DNA from: an uncultured cyanobacterium
GTDB lineage: Bacteria; Cyanobacteriota; Cyanobacteriia; Cyanobacteriales; Microcystaceae
DNA: 45,050 nt
Direction of reading: 5' to 3'
NCBI GenBank assembly: GCA_963807635.1
Contig: CAWEDJ010000083.1
Location: forward strand, 1-45,050
Positions 33,665-43,121 of this stretch are shown in pieces (within the stretch, counting starts at the first letter, position 1; each line of letters begins with the position of its first letter). The translations under genes and the position numbers were made by a program. Below the pieces are notes generated by a model that was not told where the DNA came from, made no database searches, and worked only from the letters and a program-made list of their open reading frames with translations.

Positions 33665-34950
33665 ATGACCGAAACGAATAAATTTAATGACTTTGCTACT
33701 GAGCGTCCTAATTATTTTCCTGGTCAATTTTTGCTGGAAGATGATTTTGAGTTACAACATAAGTATTTAGCAGATCGCCTTCGTTATCAAAATCGAAGTC
33801 TTCATGTTTCAGGCATTATTGATGGATTGGAAGTAGAGTTTATCGAGAATAAAAAAAAATTCCAAATAAAATCTGGATCTGCCATTAATAGCAATGGAGA
33901 TTTAATTGTCCTTAAAGAAAATACTTTTTTTCCTAAGTCTGATCTTAACTCTGATCCATTTCTGGCTGGAGAATTTTATATATATATTAGTTATGGGCAA
34001 CAAAAAAAAGAGGAAAAGCAACAGGAAAATATTGAGGAAAGTTTTACTCGCTGGCAGGAAGACCCAACCATTGGTTTTGCAGACAAAACTCCCAATGATG
34101 GTGTTAGTGTTATATTAGCTAAAATTGTTATTAGTAGTAATAATGTTCCTGATTTAGATTCAAATGTTCGTAGTTATTCAGGAATCTTTTTGCCTAATGC
34201 GACTGGCAATGATTTAACTCTGCGATTGGGGGGGATGATAAACCAAATTTAGCAGTTTTATCAGGTAGCTTTGAAATTGGTGGAAATTTAACAGTTTCAG
34301 GTAGCTTTGAAACTAGTGGAAATTTAACAGTTTTAGGTAGCTTTGAAACTGATGAAAATTTAACAGTTAGCGGAGAAATTAAAATAAAAAAAGGTGATAA
34401 ATCATTACAACTATTTAATGCTTATCAATCTTCCCAATCTTACTGGCGTGTTGGAGTTAATGCCTTGAACTCATTTTCTTTTAATCTAATGGAAAATATT
34501 GGAACACAAGAAGAAAACATATCGGAGTTATTGACTATAGGCAAAGACGAAGTAACAGGAGCTGGGGAATTAAAATTTGGGGAATCAGAATTCTATGCAA
34601 CTAGAGGCGAAAAAAGTTTAAAAATAATTCAAGGAAGAGTTAACCAAGAGGGAATTACTCAAAGCGGAGAAGGATTTAGTTCTAGCAAATTTTATGATAA
34701 ACAAAAACAACAGATTAAAGGAATTTATGAGATTACTTTTGATGCTAAATTTGATAAACCCCCTAGCGTTATTGTAACTCAGATTTGCAGCATCAACACT
34801 GAAGGCGATAGTACAAAATACAATGATTATAAGACAACAGATAATGCAGTTGTTGTTTTGATAACGACTGAGAAATGTCGTATCAAGTGTGGAAATAGTG
34901 ATGGTAACGGTGATCAAAGACATTTTTCTTTCTTATGTATCGGTACTTAG
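33665..34950 (+). CDS. Tail fibre-like protein (frameshift at the G7 run 34228-34234)
   Basis: RPNYFPGQFLLEDDF...GIIDGLEV N-terminus; SGSFEIGGNLTV repeats; C-terminal GIYEITF..F..PPSVIVT...FSFLCIG. Confidence 0.8.
34261..34368 (+). repeat. Three tandem 36-bp repeats in the fibre shaft
   Basis: T(C/T)AGGTAGCTTTGAAA..(G/A)AAATTTAACAGTT x3. Confidence 0.92.
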
Positions 34951-35108
34951 TACAGGATGTTGCTGGATTTTGAATATGAATCTTGCTTTATAGCGTGTTT
35001 AAAATTCAGACTCAAATTAACTTTCATACATTTGCAAATTAGTATTCATCTCTATATGAAGACTAAGTAACGCCTAGCCCAAATTTGTTAAACTTAACAG
35101 TTTATTAA

Positions 35109-35540
35109 ATGATGACTGACTTTATTCTCATTACTGGCGACAAGGCCATGTTTAATCCCAACTTTGGACAGGCAATTGTTGCAATTCGCCCAGGGAACTT
35201 AATTGGCACAGGGAAAGCAAAAATTAACGGTAAACCGATTTGTATTGATGGGGACGAAAAAAAAGTAATTGTGCCTGGTTGTTCCTATATGACCCCCCAA
35301 TATAGTATTCCTGGTGTGGGAATTCTTTCTATTCAGTCTCTTGCAGGCAACCAAAAAGCAAAGAAAACTAAATCAAAGGGAAAACCAGTTTTACTCAAAG
35401 GGGCAAGCTTCACAGCTAAATTCCAGGTTACTGTTCCCGCTCAACAACCCTCTGCCCCAGCTCCCATTCCCGATGCTACCCCCCAATATTCGGGTACGGG
35501 TACATTTATTACGACAAATCTTAAAGTAAAAGGAACCTAA
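35109..35540 (+). CDS. Spike tip protein (Pvc10/Afp10-like)
   Basis: GD..F.PNFG, GTGKAKINGKPICIDGDEK, PGVG.L.I..L, G.G.FIT pattern recalled from Pvc10. Confidence 0.8.
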   Translation: MMTDFILITGDKAMFNPNFGQAIVAIRPGNLIGTGKAKINGKPICIDGDEKKVIVPGCSYMTPQYSIPGVGILSIQSLAGNQKAKKTKSKGKPVLLKGASFTAKFQVTVPAQQPSAPAPIPDATPQYSGTGTFITTNLKVKGT

Positions 35541-35544
35541 CCCC

Positions 35545-35757
35545 ATGAAAGAACAACTCGAAAAACGCCTAGCCGAACTCAAAAATGAATTTGAAGCGGG
35601 TCAAAAAATGATGACAGAATTAGAAAAAAAACAGTCGAGTTTACGGGATACATTACTGCGAATTAGCGGAGCCATTCAAATCCTAGAAGAAGAAATTAAC
35701 AGAGTGAATGAAACCTTAGAACCTGTTCAAGAAACTCCCGTCGAAATTGTCAACTAA
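35545..35757 (+). CDS. Small coiled-coil protein
   Basis: Heptad pattern; LLRISGAIQILEE; last gene of the structural operon. Confidence 0.75.
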   Translation: MKEQLEKRLAELKNEFEAGQKMMTELEKKQSSLRDTLLRISGAIQILEEEINRVNETLEPVQETPVEIVN

Positions 35758-35852
35758 AATTGTTGCTTTTTTCGACAAAAATAGAGCGGTTTGTGGCTAA
35801 ATTTCTTACAAAAAAAGAACATACAGCAGTTTGTCGTTAAATCCCGTAGAAA

Positions 35853-35934
35853 GTAAGGACATAATAGTATTATGTCCCTACAAAAATTTGTCCGTGATCA
35901 CAACGCAATTTGCTCTAGTATATTATGTCCCTAC
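35853..35934. repeat. GTAG-type REP-like palindrome plus a half copy between convergent genes
   Basis: GTAAGGACATAATA-G-TATTATGTCCCTAC (35853-35881); TATTATGTCCCTAC again at 35921-35934. Confidence 0.65.
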
Positions 35935-35944
35935 AAAGATTTGT

Positions 35945-38026
35945 CTAGGCATAGTCACCTAAATCCGCCGTCATTAAAATTTTATTTTGCTTCTGATACT
36001 CCAGACAGATCGCCTTAATAATATGCTTCATGGCGATCTCCTTATTTTCCTCATCCCCCGCCGCTAAAAAAGCCGCCCGCAGTGCAATATTACGAATATC
36101 TGCCCCCGTTAACTCAAAGCGATCGGCCAAAAAATCTAAATCCAACGCCTCACAGATAGCCATATTCATCGGCAAAATATGCTCCCACATCCGACGACGT
36201 TCCTCCTTCGTTGGTAAGGAAAATTCGATAATAAACCGTAATCTCCGCGTAAAAGCTTCATCTAAATTATGGCGAAAATTCGTTGTTAAAATCGCAATTC
36301 CTTCGTATTCTTCCATTTTTTGTAACAAATAACTCGTCTCCATATTGGCATAGCGATCGCGGGCATCCTTCACCTCAGAGCGTTTCCCAAACAGAGCATC
36401 AGCTTCATCAAACAACAAAATAGCATTGGAATTCGTCGCCGCATCAAATACCTGACTAAGATTTTTTTCCGTATCGCCAATATATTTACTAACAATTTGG
36501 GACAGATCAATTTTATACAGATCTAACTGTAAATCCTGGGCAATGACTTCCGCCGCCATCGTTTTTCCTGTCCCTGGTGCACCTGAAAATAAGGCATTTA
36601 ACCCTTTACCGAGGGATAATCTCTCGCCAAACTGCCAGTTTTCCATCACAAAATGATGTTGTTTGGCCTGATTACAAAGTTCTCGGAGTTGATGGGCGGG
36701 ATTAGACTGAAGAATAATATCCTCCCAGCCATACTTTGGCTCAATTTTACGGGCTAGGGTCATGAGAGCATACCCAGATTCCGCACGCGCCGCCGCAAAA
36801 AGATAACTCGATTTAGGCTTCTCTTGGGATTCCTGGTTTTGATAATCTTCCCAGAGAATCTGTTGACTAGCCATTGCCACCGCATTCCTGATCTGGTGGG
36901 AATAGAGACGAAAGCGATCGCTGAGGGCATCCAGTTCGGTCGGGTTTAACATTATGTTTAGGGACGTTAAATGGGATAACCAACAGTCCCGCCGTTGTTC
37001 AAAATCAGGCAAAGTAAAGGGAATCGTTAATAAACCGAGGGGATAGGGACTACTGGGAAAAGGTATTTCTCCCGACAAAATCACAAAGCTGGGATAATCC
37101 CCTAGAGCTTTACAAAAACTTTGAAAGGCGATATTTTCAGTATGTTGAAAAAGTGGATCGATATTCGCTAAATAAAGCCAGGTTTGTTGCAGTCTAGCCT
37201 GTCGCAATAGTAGAAAAAAAGCCGTTGGTTGATCAACTTTTGCCGCGATCATTTTGGGTAAATCAATGATCAGTAGGGAAGCTTTTATCTGATTGGCTAG
37301 GGATTTAACTAGAGTTTGTTTTTCTAGGGAATCTCCACCCTGAAAATAGAGTTTTAGCGGTTTGGTTACTTGCCAATGGTCTTGGATGAGTTTGAGTAAA
37401 CCTGGGGGACTTTTTAGGGCAACTGATTCGGCTTGAGGTTCAATAATATGGGCGTAATCTTTAAATCGAGCATCTAGTCCAGAAATTTTTAATAAATATT
37501 GGGTAATTTGCGGGTCTAGATGTAATTCCTGGGCGAGTAGGGAACTATGGTCAACGGGGGAAACGAGTTGCAAAAGGCGATCGCGGGTCAGGGTAGAGTC
37601 GGGCTGAAAATAGCGGCGATGGGTAAGTTTTTCGGAAATATTCGCACAAATTAAATTAAGAGCCAGATCAACCGTTGGTCTTTTGGCTCGCACATCGTCC
37701 TGGAGGTAGGCATAGAGTTTTTCATAATTGCGATCAAGTTCAACCGCCAAAGCGATCGCGATAATTTTAATTTCAATATCATCCAATTCATAGGTTTTTT
37801 GTAGCCAATGCAAAGGAGTGTCAGCAATAACGGCGATCGCTAAATTCGGGCTATCCTCTGTTACGAAAGGGGGTTGATCGAGGGTTTTCTCTAATATTTT
37901 TTCGGCGGTTTCTGGGGTGATTTGTAAATAGGGGTTAACGGTTTTTTCTGCGTCATCCAGATTGGCGATCGCGGTTTCAAGTTTTTGGTCTAACCATCGC
38001 AGGAGGGGGATAAGATGGGGAAGCAT
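35945..38026 (-). CDS. CIS AAA+ ATPase (Pvc15/Afp15-like)
   Basis: YAYLQDD, GAPGTGKT, SKYIGDTEKNL, LLFDEADALFGKR, DRYAN, AFTRRL. Confidence 0.93.
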   Translation of the reverse strand: MLPHLIPLLRWLDQKLETAIANLDDAEKTVNPYLQITPETAEKILEKTLDQPPFVTEDSPNLAIAVIADTPLHWLQKTYELDDIEIKIIAIALAVELDRNYEKLYAYLQDDVRAKRPTVDLALNLICANISEKLTHRRYFQPDSTLTRDRLLQLVSPVDHSSLLAQELHLDPQITQYLLKISGLDARFKDYAHIIEPQAESVALKSPPGLLKLIQDHWQVTKPLKLYFQGGDSLEKQTLVKSLANQIKASLLIIDLPKMIAAKVDQPTAFFLLLRQARLQQTWLYLANIDPLFQHTENIAFQSFCKALGDYPSFVILSGEIPFPSSPYPLGLLTIPFTLPDFEQRRDCWLSHLTSLNIMLNPTELDALSDRFRLYSHQIRNAVAMASQQILWEDYQNQESQEKPKSSYLFAAARAESGYALMTLARKIEPKYGWEDIILQSNPAHQLRELCNQAKQHHFVMENWQFGERLSLGKGLNALFSGAPGTGKTMAAEVIAQDLQLDLYKIDLSQIVSKYIGDTEKNLSQVFDAATNSNAILLFDEADALFGKRSEVKDARDRYANMETSYLLQKMEEYEGIAILTTNFRHNLDEAFTRRLRFIIEFSLPTKEERRRMWEHILPMNMAICEALDLDFLADRFELTGADIRNIALRAAFLAAGDEENKEIAMKHIIKAICLEYQKQNKILMTADLGDYA

Positions 38027-38137
38027 TAATTTGGGTTAAGATGTTGGGATTTTAACTGCTGTTGAGTAGTTTAATGCTAATATGAGGGACATTATTGAGC
38101 TTTTATCAATTTTTTGAGATAACGGGAGAAATGGGTC

Positions 38138-39487
38138 ATGGTGCAAACAAGACTTCACAAGCATTCTCTATCAAAAAAGGAGCAAGCCGTTTCGAGTGTG
38201 GCTTCTCGTGCTTCTGTCCGCGATCCGATAGATGAGTTTCAGGATGTCTATGGCAGTCGGGCGGCGAGTGCGGCTTTTCGGCAACAAATCGGGTCGGATT
38301 TTTCGCGATCGCCTCAATTTCAGCCACCGATTCAAGCGAAACCGAGTTTTCGGGGTTTATCCCAGGAGTTAGCGGCAGAGTCTCAGCCTGTCCAGTTACG
38401 GGAGGAAGAAAATAAAACGGGTTTACCTGATGACCTGAAAGCGGGAGTGGAGGCTTTATCGGGTTTTTCGATGGATGATGTGAGGGTTCATTATAATTCG
38501 TCTAAACCTGCTCAGTTACAGGCATTAGCTTATACTCAGGGGACGGAGATTCATGTGGGGCCAGGGCAGGAGAAGCATTTGGCGCATGAAGCCTGGCACG
38601 TTGTTCAGCAGATGCAGGGAAGAGTGAGGCCAAACGCGATCGCAAATAATAGAGAAGCAATCAACACAGAAGAAAATCTAGAACGAGAAGCTAGTCTAAA
38701 TGGGGAAAAAGCCCACACCGTCTTCCCTTTCCAAGAGCCGGCAGATATACAAAGCCGATCTTTGAGTGACACCCACAACCCCACATCCCCAGAGTACAAG
38801 GTACCGACCTCCTCTATAGCTCCGAATGAAGAAATGCTAAAGCTCAATCCGACAGCGAGAAGTGAATGTGCAGACCAAAAGAAGGGGAAAAGGGTAGAAA
38901 CCGCGAAATTATCTAGCGTGCTGGTCTACCAATTAACTAAAACAGATCAATGGCGTCCAACACTAGATTCCATTGATGAGGCATCGGAATACCATGAGCA
39001 GGATCCATATCTCGTTGTGAACATTTCCGCCCATCATATAGTTCCAAAGAATGAGTTAGACAAAATCTACAACAGAGCGGAGAACGCATATGACGCTGAG
39101 AGGGAGAGACGTAAGAATGATAATATTCTTTTAGGGGATAAGATAGTGTGTGGAATCCCTGAGAAACCTCCAAAAAAAGAAGCAATAATGGCAGGAGGAA
39201 ATTTATGGCATGGACCCGATCCCAAAGAGCGGGGAGATGATCCCAAGGGACAAACCGAAACTAAAATGCTGAAGGCACTTGAGCGAAAGAAAAACGAGCC
39301 CAACATTAGAAGAATTCAACTTATACGTGAGTTTGCAGAGTTAGCGTCATACAGTAAGGGAAGTACCGAGGGAGTAAATACTATCGAATGGTTTATAGAA
39401 TTAATGTCCTACCATCCCATCAGGTATGATCGACGTGATTGGAGCTACAAAGTGCAAGAACGTAAGTTCTATCTAAACGAGGTATAG
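38138..39487 (+). CDS. DUF4157 (eCIS core) domain protein with unassigned C-terminal domain; putative effector
   Basis: NKTGLPDDLKAGVE.LSG..MDDVRVHYNS, ALAYTQG, LAHEAWHVVQQ; C-terminal SAHHIVPK. Confidence 0.9.
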   Translation: MVQTRLHKHSLSKKEQAVSSVASRASVRDPIDEFQDVYGSRAASAAFRQQIGSDFSRSPQFQPPIQAKPSFRGLSQELAAESQPVQLREEENKTGLPDDLKAGVEALSGFSMDDVRVHYNSSKPAQLQALAYTQGTEIHVGPGQEKHLAHEAWHVVQQMQGRVRPNAIANNREAINTEENLEREASLNGEKAHTVFPFQEPADIQSRSLSDTHNPTSPEYKVPTSSIAPNEEMLKLNPTARSECADQKKGKRVETAKLSSVLVYQLTKTDQWRPTLDSIDEASEYHEQDPYLVVNISAHHIVPKNELDKIYNRAENAYDAERERRKNDNILLGDKIVCGIPEKPPKKEAIMAGGNLWHGPDPKERGDDPKGQTETKMLKALERKKNEPNIRRIQLIREFAELASYSKGSTEGVNTIEWFIELMSYHPIRYDRRDWSYKVQERKFYLNEV

Positions 39488-39553
39488 TGCGATCGCCGAT
39501 CTTGTAGTGCGATCGCCGATCTTGTAGGGTGCGTTAATGAAATGTAACGCACC
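39485..39553 (+). repeat. Two 20-bp HIP1-containing tandem repeats followed by a GTAG REP
   Basis: (TAGTGCGATCGCCGATCTTG)2 then GTAG-GGTGCGTTA-ATGAAATG-TAACGCACC (39524-39553). Confidence 0.85.
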
Positions 39554-39744
39554 AAATTAATGATTATTCATCATCATTGTCTGATGTTTGGAATGGCTAT
39601 TAATGCGATCGCCGATGCTCTGTTGATCATAAGCGATCACAATTTAAGGAATTTAAGTTTTGTGAAAGATAGATCCGCTAAAATAATAAAATACACAACG
39701 GTTTAACTTAAGCGACTTAACATCATAAAAATGAGGAGAAAACA

Positions 39745-40017
39745 GTGAACTCCATCTCGATTAATCAATTTACCAATAACATCCAAGACTTTGTTAAATA
39801 TGTCATTAATCAACATATTCCTCTAAAAATAACCGATCAAAATGGAGAAGATTTTGTGATTATTAGTGCAGAAGATTGGGAACAACAACAAGAAACTTTA
39901 TTTGTCCTGCAAAATAGCCAATTAATGCAACAGATTAATGATTCTCTATCTACTCATACCCAAAATAAAGGTTACTCTCCCAATCAGGAAGAACTCGATG
40001 AGATCCTTAATATTTGA
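39745..40017 (+). CDS. yefM: Phd/YefM antitoxin
   Basis: HIPLKIT...VIISAEDWEQQQETLFVL; overlaps the yoeB start. Confidence 0.85.
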   Translation: MNSISINQFTNNIQDFVKYVINQHIPLKITDQNGEDFVIISAEDWEQQQETLFVLQNSQLMQQINDSLSTHTQNKGYSPNQEELDEILNI

Positions 40018-40902
40018 AGGTAAAACTTGGGAAATTTACGAAGAACTACGACAAAAAGACAAAAATTTGCATAACAATCTTTGTAAACTCCTTAAAGAAA
40101 TATTGAGAGATGATCCCACGAAAGGAACAGGAAAGCCTGAACCATTAAAACATAATTTATCAGGATTATGGTCAAGAAGAATTTCTCAAAAAGATCGCCT
40201 ACAGCAATTTCCGATCAAACGCACCACGAAAAAGCTATCTCAAAGGCTCAAAGTAGAGACCACAATGTTGGAACCAATCAAGAGCATTTTCATCAGTAAT
40301 GGTATTGATCGCATTAGTAATAGCTTCGTCAAGAGCCTCGATTGTTCGAGCTTTAGCAGAGCGAATAATTTCTTTTAATTTAGACCAACACAACTCAATT
40401 GGTGATAAATCTGGCGAATAGGAAGGTAAAAATTTAACCTTGGCTCCAACAGATTCAATCAGATTTGTAGTGACGGTAGCGTAATGTACAGACAAATTAT
40501 CCATCACGACAATTGCCCCTGCCCATAACTGAGGTAATAATACTTGCTCAATAAAGACTAAAAAACTATCGGTATTTAGACTGCCAGGAAAGGTCATTGA
40601 GGCAATCAAACCTTCATCACTCATCGCCCCAATTAAAGTGATGTTTTGTCCTTTATTTCCTGGACGCTCATCATAAACCCTTTCTCCTCCCAGACAACGC
40701 GCATAGAGTCTTACCATCGCTAGATTAAGACCCGTCTCATCAATGAATATCAGGTTTCTTATATCTATCGTCTCTAGCCAACGTCTAAATTCATAACGCG
40801 ATTCTTTAACCTTTTCTGTGCCTTGCTCACTTGCTACTAATGTTTTTTTTTTACGCCCTAATTCTAAACGTGTAAGAGTTCGACTTACCCCCGATATACT
40901 TA

Positions 40903-42552
40903 GGGCTTGCTGAAAAAGTCAAAAAACAGGAAGAGGGGATTAATTTATGAATTTAAGGCGAGTAAAACATAAGGGTTAAATGAATTGTCAACACAAAGCA
41001 TAAGCTGGGCTAATAAGAGGGCAGAAAAATAAGCTCTTCTTCCGAAAAAGACAAAAAAAACGTAAAACCTGCCGAAGCAGGGCAAAAAGATTGATGACTA
41101 AAAAGGTGATAGCAATAGCGGTTTCAGAGGTATCAGGAAGTTTTGTCATAACTCGATTGAGGCTAAATCGTCTCTTTGCTTGACCAAATTTGCCTTCAAT
41201 AGCATTACGGTCTCTTTCATCTTGAAGAGCTTCTTTCTTTTTTTCTGGACTAATATTTGTGGGTCGTCTTCCCAAGGGTGGGCCACTCAATCGAATTCCC
41301 TTCTCCTTACAAAAAGCGCGATTTTCCCTTGTGCGATAGATTGCATCAGCATGAACAGACTGGGGATAGTAGCCTGTCTCACGTTTAAACTCTTCTATTT
41401 GTCCTTTGAAGTCGCCTGATTCATTATAATTATCCCAACTTAATCGGTATAAATAAAGATATCCATTCACATAACTTGCTGATAGTTTTGCACCAAACTC
41501 TACTGGCGTTCCCGCTTTTCCTCTAACAATGGGACGAACATGAGGTTGAGTCAAACTCACAATTCTATTTTCTACCTTATTTTCTTTATTTTCATACATT
41601 CCTACTTGTTGCTCATAGGCTTTTTGTATTATCGACAGTATCTTTTCGTCTTTTTTACTTAATTTTGCGACCTCTTTATCTTCTCTTAATTTTTCTATAT
41701 GGGAAAGGTTTCTTTTGATATATTGGATTTGTTTTTTTATGCCCTTTCTCCTTTCTTTTCTCGACGGACGGCGTTTTTTTGACAATTTTAAGTAATCTTT
41801 TCTGGCTCTTATTCTATAGGTTCTTGGTTTTTTTCCTTTTTTTTTAGTTTTTTTATACAAGTTGTCTATTATTTTTTCGGTTTTTTCTCTTGCCTCATTC
41901 AAGATTCCTATATCTGTTGGATATTTGATGTCTGCTGGTGCACAGGTTGCATCTATTAATAGCTTTCCTCTATTCTGATTTTCCCCTTCACTTTTTTCTT
42001 TTACTTCTGATAATATTTCTTCTTCTTTTTTTACCATTGCTTTATTTATTTGATTCACCAAGTCCATTCCTATTCTTTGACGGAAATGTACTAACAGTGA
42101 CGCATCAAATGCCTCCTCATTTTCATATACTTCTAGTCCTATAAAATATTGTAAGTAAGGGTTTTCTTTTATTTGTTCTACTGTTTCTCGGTCACTTATT
42201 CTCAATATTTCTTTTATTATTAATGACCCTAATGCCATCCTAAATGGTTTGGCTGTCGCTCCTTTATTTTCTGAAAATTGTTTTGCATATTCTTCTTCAA
42301 ATTCCTCCCACGGAATTATTTTTGACATGATTACCCAACGATTTTCTTCTTTTGGCTTCCACTCACTTGGTATTTTGAAGTTTTCAACAGTCGATTTTTC
42401 GGATTCTTTTTTGGGGTACATCGTTCAATGCTCTGGAAGGGGAGGGGTGCAAGCCTTTTCACTCATTTTAGACCTTTTTTTTGCACTTTTTTTGCTCTCT
42501 AAATCCCCTCATCTCTTTTCTTATAAGGCTTTCAGCTTTTTTCAGCAAGCTC
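40903..42552 (-). mobile_element. IS5-family element with 6-bp target duplication TACTTA
   Basis: IRs GGGCTTGCTGAAAAA / TTTTTCAGCAAGCTC; TACTTA at 40897-40902 and 42553-42558. Confidence 0.92.
40988..42421 (-). CDS. IS5-family transposase
   Basis: ENPYLQYFIG, IDATC, RGKAGTPVEFGAK, ADAIY, RNAIEGKFGQAKRR. Confidence 0.93.
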   Translation of the reverse strand: MYPKKESEKSTVENFKIPSEWKPKEENRWVIMSKIIPWEEFEEEYAKQFSENKGATAKPFRMALGSLIIKEILRISDRETVEQIKENPYLQYFIGLEVYENEEAFDASLLVHFRQRIGMDLVNQINKAMVKKEEEILSEVKEKSEGENQNRGKLLIDATCAPADIKYPTDIGILNEAREKTEKIIDNLYKKTKKKGKKPRTYRIRARKDYLKLSKKRRPSRKERRKGIKKQIQYIKRNLSHIEKLREDKEVAKLSKKDEKILSIIQKAYEQQVGMYENKENKVENRIVSLTQPHVRPIVRGKAGTPVEFGAKLSASYVNGYLYLYRLSWDNYNESGDFKGQIEEFKRETGYYPQSVHADAIYRTRENRAFCKEKGIRLSGPPLGRRPTNISPEKKKEALQDERDRNAIEGKFGQAKRRFSLNRVMTKLPDTSETAIAITFLVINLFALLRQVLRFFCLFRKKSLFFCPLISPAYALC

Positions 42553-42998
42553 TACTTACTTCTATTCCTTTCTCTTGTTGCAATTTTTCTTGGATTTCTC
42601 GTAAATATATATCATTTTGTTCTGCAACTATTTTTTTTAATAATTCTTCGTCTTCACCCTTTATCTTTGAACGGCGATCTCCCCCTTGGGGTTTGGGTGC
42701 TATTTCATTTGTTTGTCGATACCGACGTAAAAAATCGCGAACGAAAGATAAGCTAACCTTAAATCGTTTTGCTAAACCTCTTTGAGTATTTTCTTGGTTT
42801 TGCCATGCCGTTAGTATTCTTTGGCGTAAATCTAGCGAATATGCTGCCATATCTCATTAATTTTTTTAAGTTTTTTTCATGTTACCATACTTGTAGCGGG
42901 TTTGAACGAAATTTGCTGTAATTTACAAATTTGATGATAAATATATTTATATTTTTGCCATCGGATCTCATTATGATCAATTTAATTAGTGCGATCTT

Positions 42999-43111
42999 GT
43001 AGGGTGCGTTAATGAAATGTAAAGCACCGATTTAACCCTTATTGTTCCTAACCGATTTAACCTTTATTGCTCCTAATTTTTTGTGCGTTACGCTTCGCTA
43101 ACACACCCTAC
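42999..43111. repeat. Inverted pair of GTAG REPs (REPIN-like) next to the RAYT gene
   Basis: GTAGGGTGCGTTA..TAAAGCACC (42999-43028) and GTGCGTTA-CGCTTCGC-TAACACACCCTAC (43083-43111); spacer holds two near-identical 25-bp direct repeats. Confidence 0.82.
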
Positions 43112-43121
43112 GTTTTTGTGG

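Larger units (their letters stand above)
40235..42850 (-). pseudogene. IS630 transposase in two pieces (42850-42553 and 40896-40235)
   Basis: MAAYSLDLRQRI...IEVS / ISGVSRTLTRLELGRKKK...FIDETG...MDNL..H...SPDLSPIE. Confidence 0.9.
40202..42918 (-). mobile_element. IS630-family element with TA duplication, interrupted by IS5
   Basis: Ends TA|CAGCAATTT... and ...AAATTTGCTG|TA. Confidence 0.93.
39998..42989 (+). pseudogene. yoeB: Txe/YoeB toxin split by IS630 (39998-40201 joined to 42921-42989)
   Basis: GTGKPEPLKHNLSGLWSRRISQKDRL continues after the IS as IYKFDDKYIYIFAIGSHYDQFN*. Confidence 0.92.

Noticed and set aside
34261..34368. CRISPR-like 36-bp repeats
   Set aside because: Contiguous with no spacers, in frame in the fibre gene, and no cas genes.
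39938..40378. 146-aa YoeB fusion ORF
   Set aside because: The tail after QKDRL is antisense IS630 sequence, and the start is over-extended.
40843..40852. Programmed frameshift at the A10 run of the IS630 transposase
   Set aside because: As written the run keeps the two parts in frame; homopolymer length is unreliable in this assembly.
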